A program made the position numbers and the translations under genes. Under the pieces are notes generated by a model. It saw only the letters and a program-made list of their open reading frames with translations. It made no database searches and was not told the DNA's origin. Shown here in pieces: positions 8,054 to 17,079 of a stretch of DNA of 52,126 bases. The stretch is from assembly GCA_001818655.1 (NCBI GenBank), contig MHLC01000007.1, positions 1 to 52,126 of the forward strand. Reading direction: 5' to 3'. Numbering within the stretch: position 1 is the stretch's first letter; each line of letters starts with the position of its first letter. The stretch comes from Candidatus Liptonbacteria bacterium RIFCSPLOWO2_01_FULL_56_20 (GTDB lineage: Bacteria > Patescibacteriota > Minisyncoccia > UBA6257 > 2-01-FULL-56-20).

Positions 8054-8875
8054 TTATTTTTTGCGCGCCACAATGAACTTGCTGGACCGTTTCTTTGGAT
8101 TCCGCGTTTTTCGGCCGCCCGTGACTTTTCCCCATTTTGTCTTTGGCTTCCGCGTGCCCCGCTGGGTGCGGCCCTCTCCGCCTCCGTACGGATGGTCAAC
8201 CGGGTTCATCGCAGTACCGCGTACGGTGGGACGTACACCGAGCCATCGCGAACGGCCCGCTTTCCCGATCACCGTGAGGTTATGCTCGGGATTCGAAACC
8301 TGGCCCAAAGACGCGTATCCCTCCCACGAGACCCGGCGAACCTCGCCGGAAGAAAGCTTGAGGTCGGTATACCCCTGGGCGTTGCTCAGCACCTCTGCGG
8401 ACGAACCCGCGGAACGCACGAGCTGCCCTCCGCGGCCCGGGGTGAGCTCAACGTTGTACACCTGATACCCGACAGGGATATTCTTGAGCTTCAAACGGTT
8501 CCCGGTCTTGAGTGGGGCGGATTCCGAGGTAACGATTTCGTCGCCCTCTTTAAGGCCGTGCGGCGCGAGGATATACCGCTTGTCGCCGTCCGGATAGCTT
8601 AACTTCGCGATGAAAGCGGTTCTATATGGATCGTATTCAAGGGTTTCCACTCGCGCGGGCTGATTCGGTTTATCCTGCTTAAAGTCGATCAAACGGTACA
8701 GTTTCTTGTGCCCGCCTCCCTGATGGCGCATGGTGATGCGCCCCGCCGAATTCCTCCCCGCATGGGCTTTAAGCCGGCGCAGGAGCCTTTTCTCCGGCCG
8801 CGCCTTGCTCAGTACGCCGTAGTCCACGGTGGTCATTTGTCTCCGCGAAGGAGTTGTCGGTGAATATGGTTTCAT
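8054..8875 (-). CDS. rplB: 50S ribosomal protein uL2
   Basis: [19 protein letters not shown]...[13 protein letters not shown]. Confidence 0.96.
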   Translation of the reverse strand: MKPYSPTTPSRRQMTTVDYGVLSKARPEKRLLRRLKAHAGRNSAGRITMRHQGGGHKKLYRLIDFKQDKPNQPARVETLEYDPYRTAFIAKLSYPDGDKRYILAPHGLKEGDEIVTSESAPLKTGNRLKLKNIPVGYQVYNVELTPGRGGQLVRSAGSSAEVLSNAQGYTDLKLSSGEVRRVSWEGYASLGQVSNPEHNLTVIGKAGRSRWLGVRPTVRGTAMNPVDHPYGGGEGRTQRGTRKPKTKWGKVTGGRKTRNPKKRSSKFIVARKK

Positions 8876-9156
8876 CGTCCAAGATCGATCTTCTGGCCCT
8901 TGACGAGCGTGACGACCGCTTTTTTATAGCTGCCCTGCGTCCGCACGACATTCCGGAACCGCTTTGGCTTCCCCGCGCGCCGAATGATGTGCACGGTCCT
9001 CACGTCCACCCGATACAGGTCCTTGACCGCTTTCTTCACTTCGTTCTTGGTCGCGGCGGGTTCCACTATAAAAACATACTTGCCCAGATTGCTCAAGGCC
9101 GTGGACTTTTCCGTGATCCAGGGTTTTTTGATAAGAAAAATGTTTCCCATGCTCAT
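8872..9156 (-). CDS. rplW: 50S ribosomal protein uL23
   Basis: Only the last 94 aa of the 264-aa track ORF are L23-like (MSMGNIFLIKKPWITEKS...). ATGA overlap with the rplD stop at 9153-9156. Confidence 0.9.
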   Translation of the reverse strand: MSMGNIFLIKKPWITEKSTALSNLGKYVFIVEPAATKNEVKKAVKDLYRVDVRTVHIIRRAGKPKRFRNVVRTQGSYKKAVVTLVKGQKIDLGR

Positions 9157-9803
9157 GGTTTCCGGATCGCGTAGTGGCGGCGGATAAGAGGAACCGCCCT
9201 CTGGTCGATCAGGATGTGCTTGTACGTCAAAAGCTCTTCGGCGTTCAGGGATCCCGGGTGGAGGGCGCGTACCGCGGGCAGATTGGCGGCTGCGCGAAAA
9301 AGATCCTTGTTCTCTTCGTTCGGAACGAGGAGCGTACTCGCGATCGGACTGCGTTTTGACGAGCCGAAGAAGGTACGCAGTTTTTCCGCCAGTTGTTTGG
9401 TCTTGGGAAGGGCCGTGAGGCTGTTGATGACCCTTACCTCGCCGTCTTCCATTTTCTTGGAGAGGACGCTTGCGAGCGCGAGGCGGCGCATTTTCTTGTT
9501 GATCTTTTGCGAGTAGTCGCGGCTCTCTTCCGGCCCGTGCGTCTTGCCGCCGCCTGCCCAAAGAGGCGAGCGGATCGAGCCGTGTCGCGCGCGGCCGGTC
9601 CCCTTTTGGCGCCATGGCTTTCTGCCGCCTCCGCGCACTTCTGCGCGGGTCTTCACGCGGGCCCACGGCCGCCTGCGGTTCGCCTGTAGAGCAAGCACGA
9701 CCTGCTTTACCAAACGCGGCTTCCAGGGCGCACCGAAAATCTCCTCGGGCACCTCGGTATCGCCCACTTTTTTATTCGCAAAATCGTACAGATCTACTTT
9801 CAT
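9153..9803 (-). CDS. rplD: 50S ribosomal protein uL4
   Basis: Start trimmed to ATG 9803 (MKVDLYDFANKKVG...). GGGRKPWRQKGTGRARHGS motif. Confidence 0.9.
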   Translation of the reverse strand: MKVDLYDFANKKVGDTEVPEEIFGAPWKPRLVKQVVLALQANRRRPWARVKTRAEVRGGGRKPWRQKGTGRARHGSIRSPLWAGGGKTHGPEESRDYSQKINKKMRRLALASVLSKKMEDGEVRVINSLTALPKTKQLAEKLRTFFGSSKRSPIASTLLVPNEENKDLFRAAANLPAVRALHPGSLNAEELLTYKHILIDQRAVPLIRRHYAIRKP

Positions 9804-9813
9804 GAGTAAAAAA

Positions 9814-10377
9814 TTACTTTTTCTTTTTCCCGGTCGCAGAGATCGCAAGAAGTCCGTGCGGCGGCCCCGGAAGCGCGCCCTTGATGAATAAAAGATTCTT
9901 CTCTGTGTCCGCGCCGACCACTTCAACGTTCCTTATGGTAACGCGCTCCGCACCCATATGGCCCGCCATTTTTCTGCCGGGCACGACCCGCTGGAACGCG
10001 GTCGAACCGATAGAGCCGGGTGCGCGAAAACGGTTTTTCTGGCCGTGGGTCTTTGGGCCGCCGTGAAAACCGTGCCGCTTCACGACCCCCTGGAACCCCC
10101 GCCCTTTGGAGACCCCGCTTACCTTCACGACATCTCCCTCGCTGAACGCGGCGACCGTTATCTCGTCGCCGACCTTAAGCTCGGGGTCCCCGTCTTTGAG
10201 GCGAGCTTCCCGCTTCACTCTCCCCGCGCTTATCTGCGCCGCTGCGTAGCCGTCTTTTTCCTTGGTCCGGACAAGCGAAACTTTATTCGGGGCGGCCTGA
10301 ACCACCGTGACCGGAATCGCGGTTTGTCCTTTCCAGATCTGCGTCATTTTCAGTTTTTTCCCCAAGAGAAAAGCCAT
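9814..10377 (-). CDS. rplC: 50S ribosomal protein uL3
   Basis: Start trimmed to ATG 10377 (MAFLLGKKLKMTQIW). Confidence 0.9.
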   Translation of the reverse strand: MAFLLGKKLKMTQIWKGQTAIPVTVVQAAPNKVSLVRTKEKDGYAAAQISAGRVKREARLKDGDPELKVGDEITVAAFSEGDVVKVSGVSKGRGFQGVVKRHGFHGGPKTHGQKNRFRAPGSIGSTAFQRVVPGRKMAGHMGAERVTIRNVEVVGADTEKNLLFIKGALPGPPHGLLAISATGKKKK

Positions 10378-10404
10378 TCTGATATATCCGTTAAGACATT
10401 GACA

Positions 10405-10431
10405 CCAAAACTGCCCGGTCTTAGCGGGCAG
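10405..10431 (-). promoter_or_regulatory. hairpin plus short U-tract between rpsJ and rplC (possible attenuator)
   Basis: Minus strand: CTGCCCG-CTAAGAC-CGGGCAG followed by TTTTGGTG, inside an 81-nt rpsJ-rplC gap. Confidence 0.3.
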
Positions 10432-10458
10432 TTGGTTGGCTAACACCTTACGCCAATT

Positions 10459-10791
10459 CTATACTATTTTAATTTCTATGTCCACACCGGCCGGAAGGTT
10501 GAGATTGCTCAACGATTCTATGATCTTCTGGCTCGGATTCAAGATATCGATGAGCCTCTTGTGGATGCGGAGCTCGAATTGCTCGCGGGAGTCCTTATGC
10601 ACGAACGTCGAGCGGTTCACCGTGAACCGTTTGAGCTCGGTGGGGAGCGGGATCGGCCCCACCACCTTCGCGTCATTCCGCTCCGCGGTCTCGATGATCT
10701 GGCGCGCGGAATTGTCTATCAACTTGTGATCGTACGCCTTGATGCGAAGACGGATCTTCTGCGGGACTTCGGCCTCCTTTTTTTTCGCCAT
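10459..10791 (-). CDS. rpsJ: 30S ribosomal protein uS10
   Basis: The ORF-track start at 10815 is a TTG. ATG at 10791 ([26 protein letters not shown]) fits S10 N-termini. Confidence 0.9.
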   Translation of the reverse strand: MAKKKEAEVPQKIRLRIKAYDHKLIDNSARQIIETAERNDAKVVGPIPLPTELKRFTVNRSTFVHKDSREQFELRIHKRLIDILNPSQKIIESLSNLNLPAGVDIEIKIV

Positions 10792-10838
10792 GCCAATGGT
10801 GCCGTCGCGGGTCAACTAGTCCTCGCGGGCCAAGCCCT

Positions 10839-12038
<1,200 letters not shown>

Positions 12039-12108
12039 ATAACTTTTAGAAGGTTGTTGGTGGTTTCGACCTGCTGTGGTTGATTGTATGCGTACAGCGC
12101 AATTACCT

Positions 12109-12136
12109 ATTGTAGCGGCCCCGCGTTTTTTGTCAA
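12109..12136 (-). promoter_or_regulatory. internal sigma70-like promoter upstream of tuf (TTGACA-N16-TACAAT)
   Basis: Minus strand: TTGACA (12136-12131), 16-nt spacer, TACAAT (12114-12109), in the 155-nt fusA-tuf spacer. Confidence 0.5.
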
Positions 12137-12193
12137 ATGGGGACAACGGCGCGGCCGGTTGCTCATTTTCCCGCTAGTCCCTCGACCGTAAAC

Positions 12194-14299
12194 CTATTTT
12201 CTCTTCCCCTCGATGATGAGCTGGGCGATATTGTTCGGCACGGCTTCCCGGTGGCCGAACTCCATAGTGAAACTCCCCCGCCCCTGCGTCATGGAACGAA
12301 GCTGCGTCGCGTAACCGAACATCTCGGAGAGCGGAACTTTCGCGTCGATGACCTTCACGTTTCCGCGGTCGTTCATCGCTTCGATCTTCCCGCGACGCGC
12401 GTTCAAATCGCCGTTCACCTCGCCCAAGAATTCGAGCGGGGTGATCGCCTGCACGTTCATGATGGGTTCAAGGATGACCGGCTTTGCGCGCCGCGCCGCT
12501 TCCTGGAACGCGATGGAACCCGCGATCTTGAACGCCGCCTCGGACGAGTCAACCTCGTGGTAGGAACCGTCATAGAGCGTCGCCTCAACATCGACGACCG
12601 GATATCCTGCGAGCACGCCTTTGTCGGCGGCCTCTTTTACGCCTTTCTCGACCGCAGGGATGAACTCCTGCGGGATCACGCCGCCTTTGATGGCGTTCAC
12701 GAACTCTATCCCTTTGCCTCGCTCGAGCGGCTCGAGGCGGAGCCGCACGTGCCCGTATTGTCCGCGGCCGCCTGACTGACGGATGTATTTCCCTTCCGCC
12801 TCTGCGGCCGCATTGATGGTCTCTTTATAGGCGACCTGCGGCCGGCCGACATTCGCGGCGACGCTGAATTCACGCTTCATTCGATCAACGATGATCTCAA
12901 GATGGAGCTCTCCCATGCCCTGAATAATGGTCTCTCCTGTTTCCTGATCCCCGGATACGCGGAACGTCGGATCTTCCTCTGCCAGCCTGCGGAGCGCGAC
13001 CCCCATTTTCTCTTGGTCTGCCTTGGTCTTGGGCTCGATGCGAATGCCGATAACCGGCTCAGGGAATATGATCTTTTCAAGCACGATCGGCGCATCCGGG
13101 CTCGCAAGCGTATCTCCGGTCGTGGTGTTCTTGAGCCCCACGATCGCGGCGATCTCACCGGCATATACCTCTTCCACCTCTTCCCGCTGGTTCGCGTGGA
13201 GCCGCACCACCCTGCCGATCCGTTCCTGCTCATTCTTCGCGGTATTAAGAATATAAGAGCCGCGCTTTAAGACGCCGGAGTAGTTCCTTATATACGTAAG
13301 CGTTCCCACATACGGATCGGTCGCAATCTTGAACGCGAGCGCCGCGAACGGTTCGCTGTCCGACGGCGTGCGGCTCATCTCGGCGCCGGTCTTGGGGTCG
13401 GTCCCCGCAACCGGCGGGAGATCCAGGGGAGACGGCAGATAATCCACGACGGCATCCAGCACGAACTGTACGCCCTTGTTCTTCAGAGCCGACCCGCAGA
13501 GTATCGGCACGAGTTTGTTCTCAATCACCGCCCTCCGCAGGACGCGCCGCAGATCTTCAAGCGGCAGCGTTTTACCGTCCAGGTAGCGCGACATAAGCTC
13601 GTCGTCCGCGTCGGCGATCTGTTCGACCAGTCGATGACGGAATGCTTTTACCTCTGCCGCCATGCCTTCGGGGACGGAGATCTCCACGATGCGCTCGCCG
13701 TGCTCGCCGTGAAATTCAAACGCCTTCTCTTCCAAAAGATCCACCACGCCGGTGAATTCAGATTCTATCCCTATGGGGAGCTGGACCGGCACCGCATGCG
13801 CGGTCAGCCGCTCGTGGATAGACGCGAGGCTCTTCTCGAAGTTCGCGCCCATGCGGTCGAGTTTGTTGATGAAACAGACGCGCGGCACGCGATACTCGTC
13901 TGCATACCGCCAATTGGTCTCGGACTGCGGCTCCACGCCCGCCACGCCATCAAACACGACGACGGCGCCGTCCAGGACCCGGAGCGAACGCTTCACCTCG
14001 ACCGTAAAATCAATGTGGCCGGGCGTATCTATCAGGTTGACCCGGTGTTCGAATGCCTTGTCGCCGTGCCGATAGGTAGGGATCCAGAATGCGGTCGTGG
14101 CCGCCGAGGTGATGGTGATCCCCCGTTCTCGTTCCTGTTCCATCCAATCCATCACGGTCGTCCCCTCGTGTACTTCGCCGATCTTATGGGACACGCCGGT
14201 ATAGAAAAGCACACGCTCGGAGACCGTGGTCTTCCCTGCATCAATATGGGCGATAATGCCTATGTTGCGAACTTTTTCTATTGGGTATTGTCGAGGCAT
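12194..14299 (-). CDS. fusA: elongation factor G
   Basis: 701 aa; [22 protein letters not shown] GTPase motifs. Confidence 0.96.
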   Translation of the reverse strand: MPRQYPIEKVRNIGIIAHIDAGKTTVSERVLFYTGVSHKIGEVHEGTTVMDWMEQERERGITITSAATTAFWIPTYRHGDKAFEHRVNLIDTPGHIDFTVEVKRSLRVLDGAVVVFDGVAGVEPQSETNWRYADEYRVPRVCFINKLDRMGANFEKSLASIHERLTAHAVPVQLPIGIESEFTGVVDLLEEKAFEFHGEHGERIVEISVPEGMAAEVKAFRHRLVEQIADADDELMSRYLDGKTLPLEDLRRVLRRAVIENKLVPILCGSALKNKGVQFVLDAVVDYLPSPLDLPPVAGTDPKTGAEMSRTPSDSEPFAALAFKIATDPYVGTLTYIRNYSGVLKRGSYILNTAKNEQERIGRVVRLHANQREEVEEVYAGEIAAIVGLKNTTTGDTLASPDAPIVLEKIIFPEPVIGIRIEPKTKADQEKMGVALRRLAEEDPTFRVSGDQETGETIIQGMGELHLEIIVDRMKREFSVAANVGRPQVAYKETINAAAEAEGKYIRQSGGRGQYGHVRLRLEPLERGKGIEFVNAIKGGVIPQEFIPAVEKGVKEAADKGVLAGYPVVDVEATLYDGSYHEVDSSEAAFKIAGSIAFQEAARRAKPVILEPIMNVQAITPLEFLGEVNGDLNARRGKIEAMNDRGNVKVIDAKVPLSEMFGYATQLRSMTQGRGSFTMEFGHREAVPNNIAQLIIEGKRK

Positions 14300-14314
14300 G
14301 GGATGTTAACTTGT

Positions 14315-14582
14315 GGCGCAGACCCCTCCTTTCCGCTACCGCTCAAGCTCCCCGGCGAGAGCTTTCGCTGACGATTCGGCCTCGCTCGCTCCGCCTTTTG
14401 GTTTACGGGAAGCTGTCGGAGGCGTCAAAAGCTCGGCCTCCGATCGCGATCGGAGTTTTGACGCCGAGATGCAGGCGGCGGTTCGCCGCAGGAGCGAACC
14501 GAACGCCGGTTCCCGGAAGCCAGAAGGCGGAGCATCGCACCCGCTCGGCCTCATAGCCGCGCGGGGAAAAGGGGTCTGCGTC
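14315..14582 (-). repeat. long-range inverted repeat (arms 14315-14336 and 14561-14582) enclosing copy A2
   Basis: GGCGCAGACCCCTCCTTTCCGC versus the reverse complement of GCGGGGAAAAGGGGTCTGCGTC. About 17-18 of 22 positions pair. Three of the four non-Watson-Crick positions are G:U only in the minus (mRNA) sense. Confidence 0.5.
14388..14533 (+). repeat. family-A palindromic element, copy A2
   Basis: Outer stem GCTCCGCCTTTTGGTTTACGGGAA / TTCCCGGAAGCCAGAAGGCGGAGC. Hairpins GGCGTCAAAA...TTTTGACGCC (with CTCCGATCG/CGATCGGAG inside) and GGTTCGC...GCGAACC. Shares conserved blocks with A1 and A3. Confidence 0.75.
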
Positions 14583-14607
14583 AGCTCTGCCATATCCATT
14601 CCAGATC

Positions 14608-15075
14608 TCATTGCGCGAAGTGGGCGAAAGCTCGGTTGGATTCAGCCATTCGGTGCGTATCCTGCTTTTTCTTGATGGCCGCGCCCTCGTTCTTTGATGC
14701 GGCGATGAGTTCGTCGGCGAGCTTGGCTGCCATGGGCTTCCCTTTCTTCGCGCGGGCCGCATTGATGAGCCAGCGGCTTCCCAAGATGAACCGCCGCTCC
14801 GGCCTGACCTCGCGCGGCACCTGATAGTTCGCGCCTCCGATCCGCCGCGAAGCGACTTCGAGCATCGGCGAAACGTTCTGGAGCGCTTTTTCGAAAACCG
14901 CAAGCGGGCTCTGCTTGGTCTCTTTTTCCACGCGCGCAAGCGCGTCATAGACAACCCGTTCGGCAATGGATTTCTTGCCGTCCCGCATCACGTAATTAAT
15001 GAAACGGCCGAGATCTATACGGCTGTGCTGCGGGTCTGGCTCGTGGTACTTTTTGTATACGCGCTTTTTTCTCAT
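14608..15075 (-). CDS. rpsG: 30S ribosomal protein uS7
   Basis: 155 aa, ...GANYQVPREVRPERR...NRAFAHF. Confidence 0.95.
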   Translation of the reverse strand: MRKKRVYKKYHEPDPQHSRIDLGRFINYVMRDGKKSIAERVVYDALARVEKETKQSPLAVFEKALQNVSPMLEVASRRIGGANYQVPREVRPERRFILGSRWLINAARAKKGKPMAAKLADELIAASKNEGAAIKKKQDTHRMAESNRAFAHFAQ

Positions 15076-15079
15076 AGTA

Positions 15080-15118
15080 TTATGCCTTAGGACTTTTCGC
15101 GCCGTATTTTGACCTCTG
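15080..15118 (-). pseudogene. relic duplicate of the rpsL 3' end ([12 protein letters not shown]-stop)
   Basis: CAGAGGTCAAAATACGGCGCGAAAAGTCCTAAGGCATAA lies 4 nt upstream of the rpsG ATG. It is a diverged copy of the working rpsL end at 15204-15245 and shares an 11-nt perfect core, CAGAGGTCAAA. Confidence 0.6.
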
Positions 15119-15192
15119 TCCCGACGCTCCGCCTGCTCCGACCGTAGCGTCGGAGATCGGGACTCCGACCGCTACGAAACGGCGCGTCGGAG
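15119..15192 (+). repeat. family-B hairpin element, copy B1 (74 nt)
   Basis: TCCCGACGC...GCGTCGGAG outer stem. Alternating CTCCGAC/GTCGGAG arms and a CGGGACTCCGA core, shared with 31056-31127. Confidence 0.65.
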
Positions 15193-15203
15193 CTGCCGCT
15201 TTA

Positions 15204-15620
15204 TTATTGTATCTTTGGTTTCTTTGCTCCATACTTTGACCTCTGCTGTTTCCTCCCTTCAACCCCCGTCGTGTCAAGAACGCCCCGCACCACGTGGTAA
15301 CGGACGCCCGGCAGGTCTTTTACGCGCCCGCCGCGGATTACCACGATCGAGTGCTCCTGGAGGGCATGCCCTTCGCCAGGGATGTATGCGGTGACTTCCA
15401 TGCCGTTCGTGAGCCGCACGCGACATACTTTTCTGATGGCCGAGTTCGGCTTCTTGGGGGTCGTGGTGAACACCTTGAGGCACACGCCCCTCTTGAAAGG
15501 CGAGGAAGAATCAACCGGACGGTTCTTCAGGGTATTAAAATAGTACGCCAATGCGGGCGATTTGGTTTTCGCTTTCGCAGACGTCCTTCCCCGCTTTACC
15601 AACTGACGAAGAGTAGGCAT
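15204..15620 (-). CDS. rpsL: 30S ribosomal protein uS12
   Basis: [21 protein letters not shown]...[13 protein letters not shown]. Carries about 12 extra aa near the N-terminus relative to E. coli S12. Confidence 0.95.
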   Translation of the reverse strand: MPTLRQLVKRGRTSAKAKTKSPALAYYFNTLKNRPVDSSSPFKRGVCLKVFTTTPKKPNSAIRKVCRVRLTNGMEVTAYIPGEGHALQEHSIVVIRGGRVKDLPGVRYHVVRGVLDTTGVEGRKQQRSKYGAKKPKIQ

Positions 15621-15652
15621 AACAAAAACTTTGCCTCAGACGAGGCCCACCT

Positions 15653-15681
15653 ATCTTAAAACGAGACGCTGCCCGCGTCAA
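15653..15681 (-). promoter_or_regulatory. sigma70-like promoter of the rpsL operon (TTGACG-N17-TAAGAT)
   Basis: Minus strand: TTGACG (15681-15676), 17-nt spacer, TAAGAT (15658-15653), 33 nt upstream of the rpsL ATG. Confidence 0.5.
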
Positions 15682-15697
15682 ATCCTGCATCTACATC

Positions 15698-16333
15698 CTA
15701 AAACGGCTGACCCGCGAAGAGCAGGTACAAAGCGCTCAGGACGGGGATGATGAGTTCGTAGCCAAAGAACACGAAAAAAATGATAAGAAGGAACCCGTTG
15801 CGCTCAAGAAAACGCATCAAGCGAAAGCTTTTCTCGGTGGGCGGCAAAAATGCGAAAAGCACTTTTGAGCCGTCCAAAGGCGGGAGCGGCAACAGATTGA
15901 ACACGCCGAGCGCGATGTTGATGAGGATGATCACGCTGAAGAACAATGCGAGAGAAGGAGGATCGTAGGAGATGCTCCGCAGCAACACGCCGAACACCGC
16001 CGCAAGCAAGAAGTTGCTCAACGGGCCTGCGGCCGCGATAGCGCCGGCTCCACGCTTCGGATCCTTGAGGTATGCCGGATTATACGGCACGGGTTTTGCC
16101 CAGCCGAAAATGATCGTGGGCTGTCCGAATAGCGCGGGAATCGCAAGGAGAAGCGGCAGGATCACCGAGCCCACGGGGTCGATGTGCTTTAGAGGGTTGA
16201 GCGTCAATCTCCCGGCAAGCCGCGCGGTGGGGTCGCCGAGGCGCTCCGCAACATACCCGTGGGAGATCTCGTGGATCATGACCGAGAAGATAAGCACGAT
16301 GAGCTCGAAAAGAAAAAACATAGGCACGATCAT
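15698..16333 (-). CDS. M50 family (site-2 protease-like) membrane zinc metalloprotease
   Basis: 211 aa, multi-TM, HEISH (HExxH) in the first TM helix, LNPLKHIDPVGS motif. Confidence 0.85.
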   Translation of the reverse strand: MIVPMFFLFELIVLIFSVMIHEISHGYVAERLGDPTARLAGRLTLNPLKHIDPVGSVILPLLLAIPALFGQPTIIFGWAKPVPYNPAYLKDPKRGAGAIAAAGPLSNFLLAAVFGVLLRSISYDPPSLALFFSVIILINIALGVFNLLPLPPLDGSKVLFAFLPPTEKSFRLMRFLERNGFLLIIFFVFFGYELIIPVLSALYLLFAGQPF

Positions 16334-16371
16334 TGTACCAAGGGCCCGGCAAAATCAAAACCGCGGCGCCT

Positions 16372-16399
16372 TTGCGAATTTCGAAAATGCTCCTATGAT
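16372..16399 (+). promoter_or_regulatory. sigma70-like promoter for tRNA-Arg (TTGCGA-N16-TATGAT)
   Basis: The -10 element ends 14 nt before tRNA position 1. Confidence 0.5.
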
Positions 16400-16413
16400 T
16401 AAAAAGCGAATTT

Positions 16414-16485
16414 GCCCCTGTAGTGAAATGGATATCACGCGACGCTTCGGACGTCGTATTCCGGGTTCGAATCCTGGCGGGGGCG
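16414..16485 (+). tRNA. tRNA-Arg (anticodon UCG)
   Basis: Hand-folded cloverleaf: acceptor GCCCCTG/CGGGGGC, D stem GTGA/TCAC, anticodon stem CGACG/CGTCG with loop CTTCGGA, T arm CCGGG-TTCGAAT-CCTGG. CCA is not encoded. Confidence 0.9.
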
Positions 16486-16545
16486 CAATGCCAAAACGGG
16501 TTCCCGCTCCAAACACGTTGGAGCGAGGCTCGCCCTATCGGGCGG

Positions 16546-16564
16546 CGAATCCTGGCGGGGGCGC
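16546..16564 (+). repeat. exact 19-nt duplicate of the tRNA-Arg 3' end (T-loop to discriminator)
   Basis: CGAATCCTGGCGGGGGCGC occurs at 16468-16486 and again at 16546-16564. The copies are separated by a 59-nt hairpin-rich insert. Confidence 0.8.
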
Positions 16565-16626
16565 CGTGAACCGCGCGCGTCATATGCGCCTTTTGATGCA
16601 GACAAGGGCGACCCGCCCTGCGTAAC

Positions 16627-16666
16627 GATAAAAGCAAAACGGGCGCTATGTTGCTCGCGCCCGTTT
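16627..16666 (-). terminator. intrinsic terminator of the small ORF
   Basis: Minus strand: AAACGGGCGC-10 nt-GCGCCCGTTT followed by TGCTTTTAT. Confidence 0.6.
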
Positions 16667-16773
16667 CTTGATGGAATGAAGCTCGCTCAGCGCCTGTGCC
16701 GCACGAACGGGCGCGATACTGCTTACTCCCGTTTCTTGGTGGGACGGCGCTCGCGGAGCGCCTGTGCCGCACG
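16638..16773 (-). repeat. diverged tandem duplication (2 x 68 nt, about 80 % identity) covering the ORF 3' end and terminator
   Basis: Units 16638-16705 and 16706-16773 align base for base (AACGGGCGC...CCCGTTTCTTG...GCTCGC..AGCGCCTGTGCCGCACG). Confidence 0.7.
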
Positions 16774-16911
16774 GCGGACGGCGGTCACTTCGTGCATGGT
16801 CAGCGGGACATATGAGGTCCGCCCCCAAGGAGTTCGCTCACAGTACTTGTTGACGTACGGATCCCCGCCACGGGGTCCTTTAAACGGCCGCGTGGTGACT
16901 CTATTCTTCAT
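16723..16911 (-). CDS. small basic hypothetical protein (62 aa)
   Basis: ATG at 16911 with GGGAGGTG SD 5 nt upstream (the track start at 16917 is GTG). MKNRVTTRPFKGPRGGDPYVNKYCERTPWGR... No family recognised. Confidence 0.5.
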   Translation of the reverse strand: MKNRVTTRPFKGPRGGDPYVNKYCERTPWGRTSYVPLTMHEVTAVRRAAQALRERRPTKKRE

Positions 16912-17079
16912 ATGCACCTCCCTCTAATCCTTCAGAAACCATAGAACAGTTCAGGGATAAGTCAATGATCTTGCGATACAAGCTTTGTTGCCGGCTGGAT
17001 CATTTTCTATTATAATGTACGCGAAATTCGCACCCGCCCATATGGCAGAACAGCTCCTATATATGATATAATTGGAGGT

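Noticed and set aside
8872-9666. 264-aa ORF suggesting a giant uL23
   Set aside because: Only the last 94 aa are L23-like. The upstream 170 aa are an Arg/Pro-rich out-of-frame read through rplD, and ATG 9156 forms an ATGA overlap with the rplD stop.
14336-14966. ORFs 14336-14611 and 14403-14966 (minus) and 14281-14675 (plus) inside the rpsG-fusA spacer
   Set aside because: They consist of repeat-element sequence or overlap rpsG out of frame. There is no SD or family signal.
16487-16564. A second tRNA or split/intron-containing tRNA downstream of tRNA-Arg
   Set aside because: Only the 19-nt 3' end is duplicated. No D arm, anticodon arm or T stem can be drawn, and the first copy is already a complete cloverleaf.
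16080-16772. 230-aa minus-strand ORF spanning the tRNA-Arg region
   Set aside because: It crosses a tRNA gene, a promoter and the tandem repeat, and its composition is Arg/Ala/Pro-rich. It is spurious.
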